Assembly (NCBI GenBank): GCA_009924455.1
Contig: RFRO01000001.1
Location: 1,145-65,144 of the forward strand
DNA: 64,000 bases
From: Betaproteobacteria bacterium
GTDB lineage: Bacteria; Pseudomonadota; Gammaproteobacteria; Burkholderiales; Burkholderiaceae_C
Direction of reading: 5' to 3'
Positions 34,029 to 45,569 of the stretch are shown one piece after another. How positions within the stretch are numbered: the first letter of the stretch is position 1; each line of letters starts with the position of its first letter. Below the pieces are notes generated by a model, which worked only from the letters and a program-made list of their open reading frames with translations, searched no databases and was not told the DNA's origin. The position numbers and the translations under genes were made by a program.

Positions 34029-34595
34029 ATGAGCATCAAAAGTGACATCTGGATACGCCGCATGGCGGAGACCACCGGCATGATCGAACCCTTCGAGCCC
34101 GGGCAAATCCGCCAGGTCGACGGCAAAAAAATCATCTCCTACGGCACCAGCAGCTACGGCTACGACATCCGCTGTGCGCCCGAGTTCAAGGTGTTCACCA
34201 ATATCCACAGCACGGTGGTGGACCCCAAGAACTTCGACGAAAAGAGCTTTGTCGATTTCCACGACGACGTTTGCATCATTCCGCCCAACAGTTTTGCGCT
34301 AGCGCGCACCGTGGAGTTTTTCCGCATCCCGCGCAATGTGCTGACCATTTGCGTGGGCAAAAGCACCTATGCGCGCTGCGGCATCATCGTCAACGTCACG
34401 CCCTTTGAGCCCGAGTGGGAAGGCTATGTGACGCTGGAGTTCTCCAACACCACGCCCTTGCCGGCCAAGATTTACGCGGGTGAGGGCTGCGCGCAGGTGC
34501 TGTTTTTTGAAAGCGACGAGGTCTGCGAAACCAGCTACAAAGACCGGGGCGGCAAGTACCAGGGGCAGGTTGGCGTCACCCTGCCCAAGGCCTGA
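34029..34595 (+). CDS. dcd: dCTP deaminase
   Basis: [27 protein letters not shown]. Confidence 0.96.
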   Translation: MSIKSDIWIRRMAETTGMIEPFEPGQIRQVDGKKIISYGTSSYGYDIRCAPEFKVFTNIHSTVVDPKNFDEKSFVDFHDDVCIIPPNSFALARTVEFFRIPRNVLTICVGKSTYARCGIIVNVTPFEPEWEGYVTLEFSNTTPLPAKIYAGEGCAQVLFFESDEVCETSYKDRGGKYQGQVGVTLPKA

Positions 34596-34679
34596 TCGGT
34601 GCATCGGGGATAATCCGGCATGGCGCCGCTTCTCGGTGCCCCCCTGCTATCGGACGGATAGCAACTTTTCCTGCTATGC

Positions 34680-36206
<1,527 letters not shown>

Positions 36207-36227
36207 ACCGGCTTTTCGATTGCAGCT

Positions 36228-37067
36228 TCAGCACCCCGCGCTGCAATCCACCGCGAAGCGGCTGGTGGTGAATGCACCGCTGGCATCCACGCCATCGATG
36301 CGCAGCGCGCTCAAGCTGCGACCCCAGACGCAACCCGTGTCCAAGCACCACACATTGTTTCGCGCAGTCCACCCCAGCGCGGCCCAATGGCCAAACGCAA
36401 TCGCTGTGTCGGCGCTGGCGCGCCCGGGCACGTCAAACCAGGGCAGGTATCCCGCGGGAACTTGTGTCTCTTTGCTGGCAAATTCCATGACACCTTCCGC
36501 GCTGCAATAGCGCAGGCGCGTGAGCGCATTCACCACAACACGCAAGCGATCCGCGCCCTGCAAGCCGTCTGACCAGCTTGCCGGCACATTGCCGTACATG
36601 GTTTGCAGGTAGCTGTGCACGCCCTCACCGCGCAGGACGGCTTCAACTTCGCCCGCCAGTGCCAGGGTTTTTTCTGCGGTCCAGGCGGGCAGCACCCCGG
36701 CGTGTACCAGCAACAGGTCTTTGCCAAAGAGCGACTCCATGCGCGCCAGGGGTTGCGCGCGCAGCCAGTCCAACAAAGTCTGGCGATATGGGCTGTTCAG
36801 AATGGGCTCCAGCGTGTCACCGCTGTGCGGTGCCCGGATACCGTGGGCGACGGCGAGCAAGTGCAAATCATGGTTACCCAGAATGCAGCGGGCCGCATCC
36901 CCCATCACTATCAAGCGTTGCAGAACCCCCAGCGAATCCGGTCCGCGGTTGACCAGGTCGCCGACAAAGCACGCGGTATCGCGCGAGGGAGAAAAATCAA
37001 TGCGCTCCAGCAAACGCCCCAGCGCGGCGTTGCAGCCCTGTACGTCGCCAATCAAGTAAAGTGCCAT
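36228..37067 (-). CDS. apaH: Symmetrical bis(5'-nucleosyl)-tetraphosphatase
   Basis: GDVQG, GDLVNRG, LGNHD, HAG, FGHW, DTGCVWG; ATG at 37067. Confidence 0.95.
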   Translation of the reverse strand: MALYLIGDVQGCNAALGRLLERIDFSPSRDTACFVGDLVNRGPDSLGVLQRLIVMGDAARCILGNHDLHLLAVAHGIRAPHSGDTLEPILNSPYRQTLLDWLRAQPLARMESLFGKDLLLVHAGVLPAWTAEKTLALAGEVEAVLRGEGVHSYLQTMYGNVPASWSDGLQGADRLRVVVNALTRLRYCSAEGVMEFASKETQVPAGYLPWFDVPGRASADTAIAFGHWAALGWTARNNVWCLDTGCVWGRSLSALRIDGVDASGAFTTSRFAVDCSAGC

Positions 37068-37091
37068 GGTGTTTATTGTCGTGGCCCCGCG

Positions 37092-38393
37092 ATGGAATTT
37101 TTGCTGATTGTTTTTCTGACTTTGCTCAATGGTGTTTTCGCCATGTCGGAGTTGGCCCTGGCCGCGAGCCGTAAAGCGCGTTTGGCGGCGATGGCCGAGG
37201 CAGGGGACAAGGGAGCACAGGCGGCCTTGGTGCTGCTGGGTCAGCCGAATCAGTTTTTGAGCACAGTACAGGTGGGCATCACCTCGATTGGCGTGCTCAA
37301 CGGCATTGTGGGTGAGGCCGCGTTCAGCGATGGGCTGGCTTTGTGGTTGGAGACCTGGGGTGTGCACCAAAGTGCCGCAGCGATCTCAGCCACGGCCATG
37401 GTGGTCACTACCATCACTTTCACCACCATTATTTTTGGCGAACTGGTGCCCAAGCGCATTGGCCAATTGCACCCGGAAGCGGTTGCGCGCTGGGTAGCGC
37501 GTCCCATGCTGTGGCTGGCCACGGCGGCTAAACCGTTTGTCAAACTGTTGTCGGGTACCACGGCCTACACGCTGCGGGTTTTGCGCATCGACGTGAACGC
37601 CACGCGCCACGTGACGGAAGAGGAGATCAGCGCCAGTCTGGAAGAAGGGGTAGACGCCGGCGTGATTGAGGAACACGAACACCAGATGGTGCAAAACGTA
37701 TTCCGCTTGGACGAGCGGCCGCTGACCTCATTGATGACGCCGCGCACCGACGTCGCCTGGCTCGACGCGGAATGCAGTGTGGGTGAGAGCCTGGCACAGG
37801 CCCGTGCGCAGGGCGAAAACGGCGGCCATTCCTGGTACCCGGTCTGCCGCGGGTCGCTGGACGATGTGATGGGGGTGATCAGCGTGGCGCGGCTGCTGGA
37901 TATGCGTGACCAGCCCGACGCTGCGATGTCACCCCACATCAGCCCGGCGGTGTTTGTGCCCGAGACGCTCAGCGGTATGGAGTTGCTCGAGCAATTCCGC
38001 AAGCAAGCCAGCCGCCTGGTTTTTGTGGTCGACGAATATGGCGTGGTGCAAGGGCTGCTCACGCCGCGCGATTTGCTGGAGGCGATTACCGGCGAGTTGC
38101 ACAACGACGGCAACAGCATCGATGCCTGGGCCACAGAGCGAGCCGATGGTTCTTGGCTACTCGATGGTGTGATGCCCCTGTCCGAGCTCAAGTCCAGGTT
38201 GGATTTGGGCGAGTTGCCGGACGAGGACCGCGGGCGCTACAACACGCTGGCCGGGTTGCTGATGTCGGTGAGCGGGCGCTTGCCTGCTGTGGGGGAAAAC
38301 ATCGATTGCCAGGCCTGGCGCTTTGAAGTCGTGGACCTCGATGGACGGCGTATCGACAAAGTGCTCGCCACCCGCTTGCCGCAAGCGCTTTAG
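37092..38393 (+). CDS. CNNM/CBS/CorC (hemolysin-family) membrane protein
   Basis: NGVFAMSE, GELVPK, CBS pair (VVDEYG) and CorC domain (DGRRIDKV). Confidence 0.9.
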   Translation: MEFLLIVFLTLLNGVFAMSELALAASRKARLAAMAEAGDKGAQAALVLLGQPNQFLSTVQVGITSIGVLNGIVGEAAFSDGLALWLETWGVHQSAAAISATAMVVTTITFTTIIFGELVPKRIGQLHPEAVARWVARPMLWLATAAKPFVKLLSGTTAYTLRVLRIDVNATRHVTEEEISASLEEGVDAGVIEEHEHQMVQNVFRLDERPLTSLMTPRTDVAWLDAECSVGESLAQARAQGENGGHSWYPVCRGSLDDVMGVISVARLLDMRDQPDAAMSPHISPAVFVPETLSGMELLEQFRKQASRLVFVVDEYGVVQGLLTPRDLLEAITGELHNDGNSIDAWATERADGSWLLDGVMPLSELKSRLDLGELPDEDRGRYNTLAGLLMSVSGRLPAVGENIDCQAWRFEVVDLDGRRIDKVLATRLPQAL

Positions 38394-39850
38394 GCGGTTC
38401 CGCCCACGGTCAAGCCGTCGATGCGCAGGGTGGGCTGGCCCACACCCACCGGGACACTTTGGCCTTCTTTGCCACACGTGCCAACGCCGCTGTCCAGGCA
38501 CATGTCATTGCCAATCATGCTAACGCGCTTGAGACATTCCGGGCCGCTGCCAACCAGCGTGGCGCCTTTGACCGGGTATTGGATCTTGCCGTTTTCGACC
38601 CAGAAGGCTTCGCTGGCGGAAAACACAAATTTGCCCGATGTGATGTCCACCTGCCCGCCGCCGAAGTTGGTGGCGTACAGGCCTTTTTTGATGCTGGCCA
38701 CAATTTCCTGCGGGTCTTTTTTGCCGCCCAGCATGTAGGTGTTGGTCATGCGCGGCATGGGCAGATGCGCATAGCTTTCGCGCCGCCCGTTGCCGGTGGG
38801 TGCCACACCCATCAGGCGCGCGTTCATCGCATCCTGGATGTAGCCTTTGAGAATGCCATCTTCGATGAGTACGTTGCGGGCGCTGGTGTTGCCTTCGTCG
38901 TCGATGTTGAGCGAGCCACGCCGGTCGGCAATCGTGCCGTCGTCCAGCACCGTGACACCTTTGGCGGCAACCCGTTGTCCGATGCGCCCGCTGAATGCGC
39001 TGGAACCTTTGCGGTTGAAGTCGCCCTCCAAGCCGTGGCCGATGGCTTCGTGCAAAAGAATGCCGGGCCATCCTGGGCCGAGTACCACCGTCATTTCGCC
39101 AGCTGGGGCCGGGCGCGCTTGCAGATTGGTCAGCGCGGCGCCCACAGCCTGGTCGACGTACTGCGAAATCATGGCATCGTCAAAATAGGCCAAGCCGAAG
39201 CGACCGCCGCCCCCAGACGAGCCGCTTTCGCGCCGGCCTTTTTGTTCCGCAATCACCGTCACCGACAAGCGCACGAGGGGCCGCACGTCGGCAGCGAGCA
39301 CGCCATCGGCGCGTGCCACCATCACCACGTCGTATTCCATGGCCAGGCCGGCCATGACCTGCACCACACGCGGGTCTTTGGCCCGGGCCAGGGTCTCGAC
39401 TTTGCCCAGCAGCGCGACTTTGGTCGTGCTGTCCAGTGTGGCGATGGGATCGGTCGGGTGGTACAGCGCGCGGCTGCAGGCAATCTTTTGGGCACCCACC
39501 TTGCTGCGGGCGCTGGCGCGGGCCAGTCCGATGGAGCGTACGGTGCGGGCCGCGTCCAGCAAAGAGACTTCGGAAATGTCATCCGAGTACGCGAATGCGG
39601 TTTTTTCACCGCTGACGGCGCGCACGCCAACGCCCTGGTCGATGCTGAAGCTGCCGGTTTTGACAATACCTTCTTCCAAGCTCCAGCCCTCCGACCGGGT
39701 GTATTGGAAATACAAATCAGCCTCGTCAACCCGGTGGGCCTTGATTTCGGCCAGTACCCGCCACAGATGGGATTCGTCCAAGCCGAAGGGGGTTAAGAGC
39801 AGGGATTTGGCCGTGGCCAGGCGTTCGAGAGTGGGGTCGCGAGAGATCAT
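38390..39850 (-). CDS. tldD: Metalloprotease TldD
   Basis: HEAIGHGLEGD, GNGRRES, PRMTNT, CGKEGQ. Confidence 0.95.
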   Translation of the reverse strand: MISRDPTLERLATAKSLLLTPFGLDESHLWRVLAEIKAHRVDEADLYFQYTRSEGWSLEEGIVKTGSFSIDQGVGVRAVSGEKTAFAYSDDISEVSLLDAARTVRSIGLARASARSKVGAQKIACSRALYHPTDPIATLDSTTKVALLGKVETLARAKDPRVVQVMAGLAMEYDVVMVARADGVLAADVRPLVRLSVTVIAEQKGRRESGSSGGGGRFGLAYFDDAMISQYVDQAVGAALTNLQARPAPAGEMTVVLGPGWPGILLHEAIGHGLEGDFNRKGSSAFSGRIGQRVAAKGVTVLDDGTIADRRGSLNIDDEGNTSARNVLIEDGILKGYIQDAMNARLMGVAPTGNGRRESYAHLPMPRMTNTYMLGGKKDPQEIVASIKKGLYATNFGGGQVDITSGKFVFSASEAFWVENGKIQYPVKGATLVGSGPECLKRVSMIGNDMCLDSGVGTCGKEGQSVPVGVGQPTLRIDGLTVGGTA

Positions 39851-39884
39851 CAGGCCATTGTAGGCGGCCACCCCACGGGCACGC

Positions 39885-41039
39885 TCAGGATTGGACCAAT
39901 CGCCGTGCGTGCGACACGGACATCAGCATCCCCATCGCCAGCCCGAGAGTGACCATCGCCGTGCCGCCGTAGCTGACGAACGGCAGGGGCACGCCGACCA
40001 CCGGCAGGATGCCGCTGACCATGCCCATGTTCACAAATGCGTAGGTGAAAAAAATCGCGGTCAGGCTGCCCGCCAACATGCGGGCAAAAACAGTGGGTGC
40101 TTCCATGGCGATGTCCAAGCCCCGAAAAATCAGGAACAGATAGGCAAACAAAAGGTAGACGTTCCCCAAAAGACCAAACTCCTCCGCAAAGGCGGCAAAG
40201 ATGAAGTCGGTTGTGCGCTCGGGGATGAAATCCAGATGCGATTGCGTCCCTTGCATAAAACCGGCGCCCGATACACCGCCGGCTCCAATGGCGATCATGC
40301 CTTGCAGAATGTGAAAGCCCTTCCCTAAAGGATCCCGTGTGGGATCCAGCAGGGTGCAAATGCGCTGTTGTTGGTAGTCGTGCAACAAGGGCCAGTCAAA
40401 GCCCGCTGCGCACAGCGTTGGCTCAAAAACCACAATCAGGACCAGCCCAATGAGCAGGCCCGCCAGCGGCGGCAGCACCAGCCACCAACTCATGCCGGCA
40501 AAAAACACCACGGAAAGGCCGGCCGCCAGGACCAGCAAGGCGGTACCCAAATCGGGCTGGCGCACGATCAACAGGACCGGCACGAGCACCAGCAGGCCGC
40601 CGACTGCGAAGTCCAAAGGACGCAACTGTCCCTCGCGCTTTTGAAACCACCAGGCCAGCATCAACGGAACCGCAATTTTCAAAATTTCGCTGGGCTGTAT
40701 CGTCACGCCCACATTGACCCAGCGCCGCGCCCCTTTTTTGGTGATACCGAAAACGGCTACCGCGATCAGGAGCGCAATACCGACCAGGTACAGGGGCACC
40801 GCCAGCGCCATCAAGCGCTGCGGCGGTACCTGGGCGACAGTGAACATGATGGCAAAGGCAATGCAGGTGTTGCGCGTGTGGTCCATGAACCGTGCGCCAC
40901 CGTCATACCCTGATGAATAGATGGCGAGCAGTCCGGCGCCCGCCAACAGCACCATCGCAAACAAAAGATGAGGGTCCAAGCGCTCGAACAAGGACTGCGC
41001 CCATGCACGGGGTGAGGGACGTCCAAAGGGGTTTGCCAT
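39885..41039 (-). CDS. rodA: Rod shape-determining SEDS protein RodA
   Basis: GARRW, QPSE, QPDLGT, DPLGKG, PERTTDFIF, GVPLPFVSYGG. Confidence 0.94.
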   Translation of the reverse strand: MANPFGRPSPRAWAQSLFERLDPHLLFAMVLLAGAGLLAIYSSGYDGGARFMDHTRNTCIAFAIMFTVAQVPPQRLMALAVPLYLVGIALLIAVAVFGITKKGARRWVNVGVTIQPSEILKIAVPLMLAWWFQKREGQLRPLDFAVGGLLVLVPVLLIVRQPDLGTALLVLAAGLSVVFFAGMSWWLVLPPLAGLLIGLVLIVVFEPTLCAAGFDWPLLHDYQQQRICTLLDPTRDPLGKGFHILQGMIAIGAGGVSGAGFMQGTQSHLDFIPERTTDFIFAAFAEEFGLLGNVYLLFAYLFLIFRGLDIAMEAPTVFARMLAGSLTAIFFTYAFVNMGMVSGILPVVGVPLPFVSYGGTAMVTLGLAMGMLMSVSHARRLVQS

Positions 41040-41078
41040 AACAGGATTATCCGGGGCAACGCATGGGACAATCTGTGC

Positions 41079-43157
41079 ATGTATCTCCTCTTTGATGAAG
41101 CCGGTAAATTCATGGCCGGACGCGTGCTCTCCGAGGCCGACGCCTCAGCCCAGGTCGAGCTCGACAGCGGCAAGCGCATCAAGGTGAAGGCCTCCCATCA
41201 GCTCTTGCGTTTCGATTCGCCGGCCCCTGCGGTTTTCATGGCGGCCAGTGCTGCAGTGGGGCAGGAGGTGGAGTTGGAAATGGCCTGGGAATTCGCACCG
41301 GACGAGGAGTTTGGATTTGCCGATCTGGCCCGCGACTATTTCAGTGCCCAGGCCAGCCTGCAGCAACAAGCAGGCATGCTGTTTGCCCTGTTCGAGGCGC
41401 CACATTACTTCCGCCGGGCCGGCAAAGGCCGCTTCCGCAAAGCCAGCGCCGATGTGATCGCCCAGGCCCTGGCCGCCATCGAAAAAAAGAAGCAGGTGCT
41501 GGCCCAAATTGACCTGTGGGCGCAGGAACTGTTGTCTGGCCAATGTCCGCAAGCGGTGCGCGACCAGCTCTACAAGATCCTGTTCAAGCCGGACAAGAAC
41601 GCCCCGGAATACAAAGCGGTGCTTGAGGCTGCGCGTGCCAGCCAGACCGCGCCTTTGGCGCTGCTGCAAAAAGCCGGTGCGATCGATTCGCCCTACCAGT
41701 TCCATTGGAAGCGTTTCGCGCTGGAATATTTCCCCAAGGGCACCGGCTTCCCGGTACTGGAAGCGCCGGCGCTGACCGACACCCTGCCTTTGGCGCCAGT
41801 TGCCGCGTTTTCGATTGATGATTCGGCAACCACCGAAATTGACGATGCGCTGTCCGTTCAGGGCTTGGGTACAGGCAGCGTGACGCTGGGTATCCACATT
41901 GCCGCGCCGGGATTGGCCTTGCAGCCTGGCAGCGAGATCGACGCCATAGCCCGCGCGCGCTTGTCGACGGTCTACATGCCCGGTTTCAAAATCACCATGC
42001 TGCCCGACGCGCTGGTGCAGCACTTCACTTTGCAAGAAGGCCGGGCTTGTCCGGCGGTCTCGCTGTACGTGGATATTGACGAAGCCACGCTGGAGCTGCG
42101 TCGCAGCCGCAGCTGTATTGAGCAGGTACCGATCGCGCACAACCTGCGCCATGACCAGTTGGAGCACTGGGTCACGGACGCGTGGCTGCAGGGCGAGGCC
42201 GCCACCGATGCGCCCGATGTGTTGGTGCAACTGCAGCCCGAGTTGGCGTTTTTGTACCGGCTGGCCTGCGCGCTGAAAGAGCGGCGCGAGGCCGTGCGTG
42301 GCAAGCCGGAGACTTTCAACCGCCCGGACTACAACTTCCGCCTGCGCGACCGTGCCGGGGACGAGCCGCAGGGCAGTGAATTGGTGGAGATCAGCACCCG
42401 CCAGCGTGGCGCACCGCTGGATTTGATCGTCGCCGAAGCCATGATCCTGGCCAACAGCAGCTGGGGTAGCTGGCTGGCGGAGTTGGGTGTTCCCGGCATT
42501 TACCGCAGCCAAGCCTCTTTGGCCCCTGGCGTGAAAGTGCGCATGGGCACGCGTGCCGCGCCGCATGCGGGCATCGGCGTGAAGTGCTATGCCTGGAGCA
42601 CCTCGCCGCTGCGCCGCTACACCGACATGGTCAACCAGTGGCAAATCATTGCGTGCATTCGCCATGGCAGTACGGCGGCCCTGGCCGCACCGTTCAAGCC
42701 CAAAGACGCCCAGTTGCTCGCCATCATTTCCGGGTTCGAGGACGCCTACAGCGCCTACAACGCGCACCAAGGCGCTATGGAGCGCTACTGGACGCTGCAG
42801 TACCTGAACCAGAATGGGGTCAGCGAGTTGGTGGGCATGGTCTTCAAGGACAACATGTTCCGCGCCGATGCCTTGCCCCTGGTGCTGCCTATCCTGGGCG
42901 CACAAGGCCTGCCACGCGGCGCCCAGGTACGCGTGCGGCTGGGTGTGCCGGACCTGATCACGCTGGATATCAACGGAACTGTGGTGGAACGGCTGGATGC
43001 TGAGGGTTCCGATGCGCCCGCGGAGGACCTGCCGGACGACGGCGAGGATGATGCAGTTGGCGGCCCGATTGCACTCGCCATCAACCTCGCCGACGCTGCG
43101 CCGGAAGCGCCGTCGGACGGGGCTGCCCAGCCCGCGCCTACCCAGGGTGCAGTTTGA
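41079..43157 (+). CDS. rnb: RNB-domain exoribonuclease (RNase II family)
   Basis: FSIDDSATTEIDDA, EAMILAN, TSPLRRYTD. Confidence 0.9.
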   Translation: MYLLFDEAGKFMAGRVLSEADASAQVELDSGKRIKVKASHQLLRFDSPAPAVFMAASAAVGQEVELEMAWEFAPDEEFGFADLARDYFSAQASLQQQAGMLFALFEAPHYFRRAGKGRFRKASADVIAQALAAIEKKKQVLAQIDLWAQELLSGQCPQAVRDQLYKILFKPDKNAPEYKAVLEAARASQTAPLALLQKAGAIDSPYQFHWKRFALEYFPKGTGFPVLEAPALTDTLPLAPVAAFSIDDSATTEIDDALSVQGLGTGSVTLGIHIAAPGLALQPGSEIDAIARARLSTVYMPGFKITMLPDALVQHFTLQEGRACPAVSLYVDIDEATLELRRSRSCIEQVPIAHNLRHDQLEHWVTDAWLQGEAATDAPDVLVQLQPELAFLYRLACALKERREAVRGKPETFNRPDYNFRLRDRAGDEPQGSELVEISTRQRGAPLDLIVAEAMILANSSWGSWLAELGVPGIYRSQASLAPGVKVRMGTRAAPHAGIGVKCYAWSTSPLRRYTDMVNQWQIIACIRHGSTAALAAPFKPKDAQLLAIISGFEDAYSAYNAHQGAMERYWTLQYLNQNGVSELVGMVFKDNMFRADALPLVLPILGAQGLPRGAQVRVRLGVPDLITLDINGTVVERLDAEGSDAPAEDLPDDGEDDAVGGPIALAINLADAAPEAPSDGAAQPAPTQGAV

Positions 43158-43169
43158 GCGGGGGCCGGA

Positions 43170-44027
43170 GTGATCGAGTCTGCACGCGCGCTCACGACTT
43201 TTCAAAAGGCCATGGCCGCGTCTTTGCTGTTGCACGCCGGGCTTCTGACCGTGCGCTTTGTGGACCCGGCCGCTTTGGACCGGATTTTTCAGCCGCCGGT
43301 TTTGGAGGTGGTGATGCTCAATGCGCCGGGGCAGTCCAAGCCGGTGAAGAGCCAGTTGCTGGCCCAGACCTCAATGGAGGGCGGGGGCAATGCCATGGCA
43401 GGGCACGCCGCCGAGGCCTTGTTGGTAGAGGCTGCCGCGCCGGGCCTGGAGTTCCAGAACCAGACCGCGGCTTCTTCTATCGAGGCCATGCGCCAGCAGC
43501 AAAACCTGTTGCTGGCGCAGGTGCGTGACCAGCTCGCCACCCTGCAAAACAGCGCTGAATCTGCAGCCGATCCGCTGAAAGCTACGCAACAAGAGGAGCG
43601 CCAACGGCGGTTGATTCAGCAAATTGCCGCCCTGGAAAAAGACGTCGTGACGGAGAACGCCCGCCCGCGCAAGCGGTTTTTCAGCCCCACGACCCGTGAA
43701 GCGGTTTTCGCCGCCTATTTCAGCGAACTGCGCCGAGCCATTGAAAAGCAGGGAACCCTGGATTTCCCGCAGCGAGACGGAGAGAAAATATTCGGCGAAT
43801 TAACCATGGCGATCACGGTGGATGCAGCGGGCCGCGTGGTCTCAACATCCCTGGCGCGGTCGTCTGGCGATGCCATTCTGGATCACCATGCCGACAACAT
43901 CGTGCGCCGCGCTGCGCCCTACGGGACTTTCAGCCCGGCGATTCGGGCCACCGCCGATCAATTGGTGTTTGTGGCCCGGTTCCGCTTTGTCCACACCGAC
44001 GACCGCACCGAGGCCTTGGTAGATTGA
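43170..44027 (+). CDS. TonB C-terminal domain protein
   Basis: N-terminal anchor SLLLH, coiled coil and TonB-like C-domain (RSSG..LD..A..IVRRAAP). Confidence 0.8.
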   Translation: MIESARALTTFQKAMAASLLLHAGLLTVRFVDPAALDRIFQPPVLEVVMLNAPGQSKPVKSQLLAQTSMEGGGNAMAGHAAEALLVEAAAPGLEFQNQTAASSIEAMRQQQNLLLAQVRDQLATLQNSAESAADPLKATQQEERQRRLIQQIAALEKDVVTENARPRKRFFSPTTREAVFAAYFSELRRAIEKQGTLDFPQRDGEKIFGELTMAITVDAAGRVVSTSLARSSGDAILDHHADNIVRRAAPYGTFSPAIRATADQLVFVARFRFVHTDDRTEALVD

Positions 44028-44029
44028 AT

Positions 44030-44764
44030 ATGAAGCCGGCACTGCGTGGACTGCTGCTGATGGCCTTGGCATTTCTGGGCTTGCAGCTCTACTTTGCCTT
44101 GCGGATCGCCGCCATGGCTTATGTGGATCCGCACTCGACAGCGTTTGAACGTTCGGAGTTGTGGCGTATCACCACCGCGCCCGAGCGCAGCCACTGGCAG
44201 CAGGAATGGGTTCCGTATGCGCAAATCAGCCGCTCGCTGAAAAGTGCCGTGCTGGCCTCCGAAGACGATGGATTCGCCACCCATGGCGGCGTGGATTGGG
44301 ACGCCATCAACACGGCCTGGGAAAAAAACGCCAAAGCCCAGGCCCGTGCCGAGGCCCGCAACGCGGCGGCAAAGGGACGGACCGTCAAGCCCCCCCGAAT
44401 CATCGGCGGATCCACGATCACGCAGCAGCTGGCGAAAAATCTATTCCTCAGCGGCGAACGGACCATTGTGCGCAAGGCGCAAGAGTTGGTGATCACCCTG
44501 TTGCTGGAGGCCTGCTTGAGCAAGGAGCGCATTCTGGAGATTTACCTGAACCACGTGGAATGGGGCGATGGCGTTTTCGGCGCGCAGGCGGCGTCGTGGC
44601 GCTACTACCGCAAAGACGCATCCCGCCTGGCGCCGAATGAGGCCGCCCGTCTGGCGGTGATGTTGCCGCGTCCGAAGTTTTTTGAAAAATTGCCAGCCTC
44701 CGAATACCTCGCCAACCGCAGCGCCCTGATCCAGGGCCGGATGGCGTATGCCCAGCTGCCCTGA
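44030..44764 (+). CDS. mtgA: Monofunctional peptidoglycan transglycosylase
   Basis: [34 protein letters not shown]. Confidence 0.94.
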   Translation: MKPALRGLLLMALAFLGLQLYFALRIAAMAYVDPHSTAFERSELWRITTAPERSHWQQEWVPYAQISRSLKSAVLASEDDGFATHGGVDWDAINTAWEKNAKAQARAEARNAAAKGRTVKPPRIIGGSTITQQLAKNLFLSGERTIVRKAQELVITLLLEACLSKERILEIYLNHVEWGDGVFGAQAASWRYYRKDASRLAPNEAARLAVMLPRPKFFEKLPASEYLANRSALIQGRMAYAQLP

Positions 44765-44771
44765 GGTCCGC

Positions 44772-45335
44772 ATGCGCATTCTTGGTATTGACCCCGGCTT
44801 GCGCACCACCGGTTTTGGCGTGCTGGACGTGGAGGCCGGGACCTTGCGCTACGTGGCCAGCGGCACCATCAGCACGGGCCATCTCGCTACCACGGCATTG
44901 CCGGCCCGGCTGCAGACCCTGTTTCAGGGCGTGGCCGAGGTGGTGCAGTGCTACCAACCCCATTGCGCGGCGGTTGAAATTGTTTTTGTGAATGTGAACC
45001 CGCAGTCCACGCTGCTGCTGGGCCAGGCACGGGGGGCCTTGATTGCAGCGCTGGTGCAGGCCCAGCTGCCGGTGGCCGAATACACGGCCTTGCAAATGAA
45101 GCAGGCGGTGGTGGGTTACGGTCGCGCTGCCAAGCCCCAGGTACAGGAGATGGTGCGGCGCTTACTGGATCTGCCGGGTGTGCCCGGTCCGGATGCCGCC
45201 GATGCCTTGGGGCTGGCGATCACGCACGCCCATGCAGGCCGTTCTCTGCAATTACTGGCCGCGGCACAAACTGCCGAAGGCAAAGGCGATGTGGCGGGTC
45301 GCACCAGCAGCTACAAGCGTGGGCGCAGCCGCTAG
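44772..45335 (+). CDS. ruvC: Holliday junction resolvase
   Basis: [28 protein letters not shown]. Confidence 0.96.
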   Translation: MRILGIDPGLRTTGFGVLDVEAGTLRYVASGTISTGHLATTALPARLQTLFQGVAEVVQCYQPHCAAVEIVFVNVNPQSTLLLGQARGALIAALVQAQLPVAEYTALQMKQAVVGYGRAAKPQVQEMVRRLLDLPGVPGPDAADALGLAITHAHAGRSLQLLAAAQTAEGKGDVAGRTSSYKRGRSR

Positions 45336-45367
45336 CTCTATTCAGCTTGAGCGCGCTAAGGCCGGCG

Positions 45368-45544
45368 CTACAGGATGCGGCTCAGAATCAAAATACCGAA
45401 AAACACCAGCGCGGTGAGCAGCGCATATTGCAACAGCTGCATGCCCCAGCGCCGGAAGCGCAGGTTGTTGGTGGCGATGAAAAATGCGAAGCAGACGCCG
45501 GCCCCGATCAGCATCAGCAGCAAAAGGGCGCGAAACAGCAACAT
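45368..45544 (-). CDS. Small two-helix membrane protein (58 aa)
   Basis: Manual translation MLLFRALLLLMLIGAGVCFAFFIATNNLRFRRWGMQLLQYALLTALVFFGILILSRIL; fills the gap between lpxC and ruvC; below the ORF track cutoff. Confidence 0.75.
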   Translation of the reverse strand: MLLFRALLLLMLIGAGVCFAFFIATNNLRFRRWGMQLLQYALLTALVFFGILILSRIL

Positions 45545-45569
45545 GGGCGCGCGTCAGGCAGCGCTGTGC

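Noticed and set aside
41145-43235. Long antisense ORFs (696 aa here; also 9442-10653, 32796-34262, 50869-52662, 60802-62151)
   Set aside because: Shadow ORFs typical of high-GC codon bias opposite well-supported genes; no recognisable motifs
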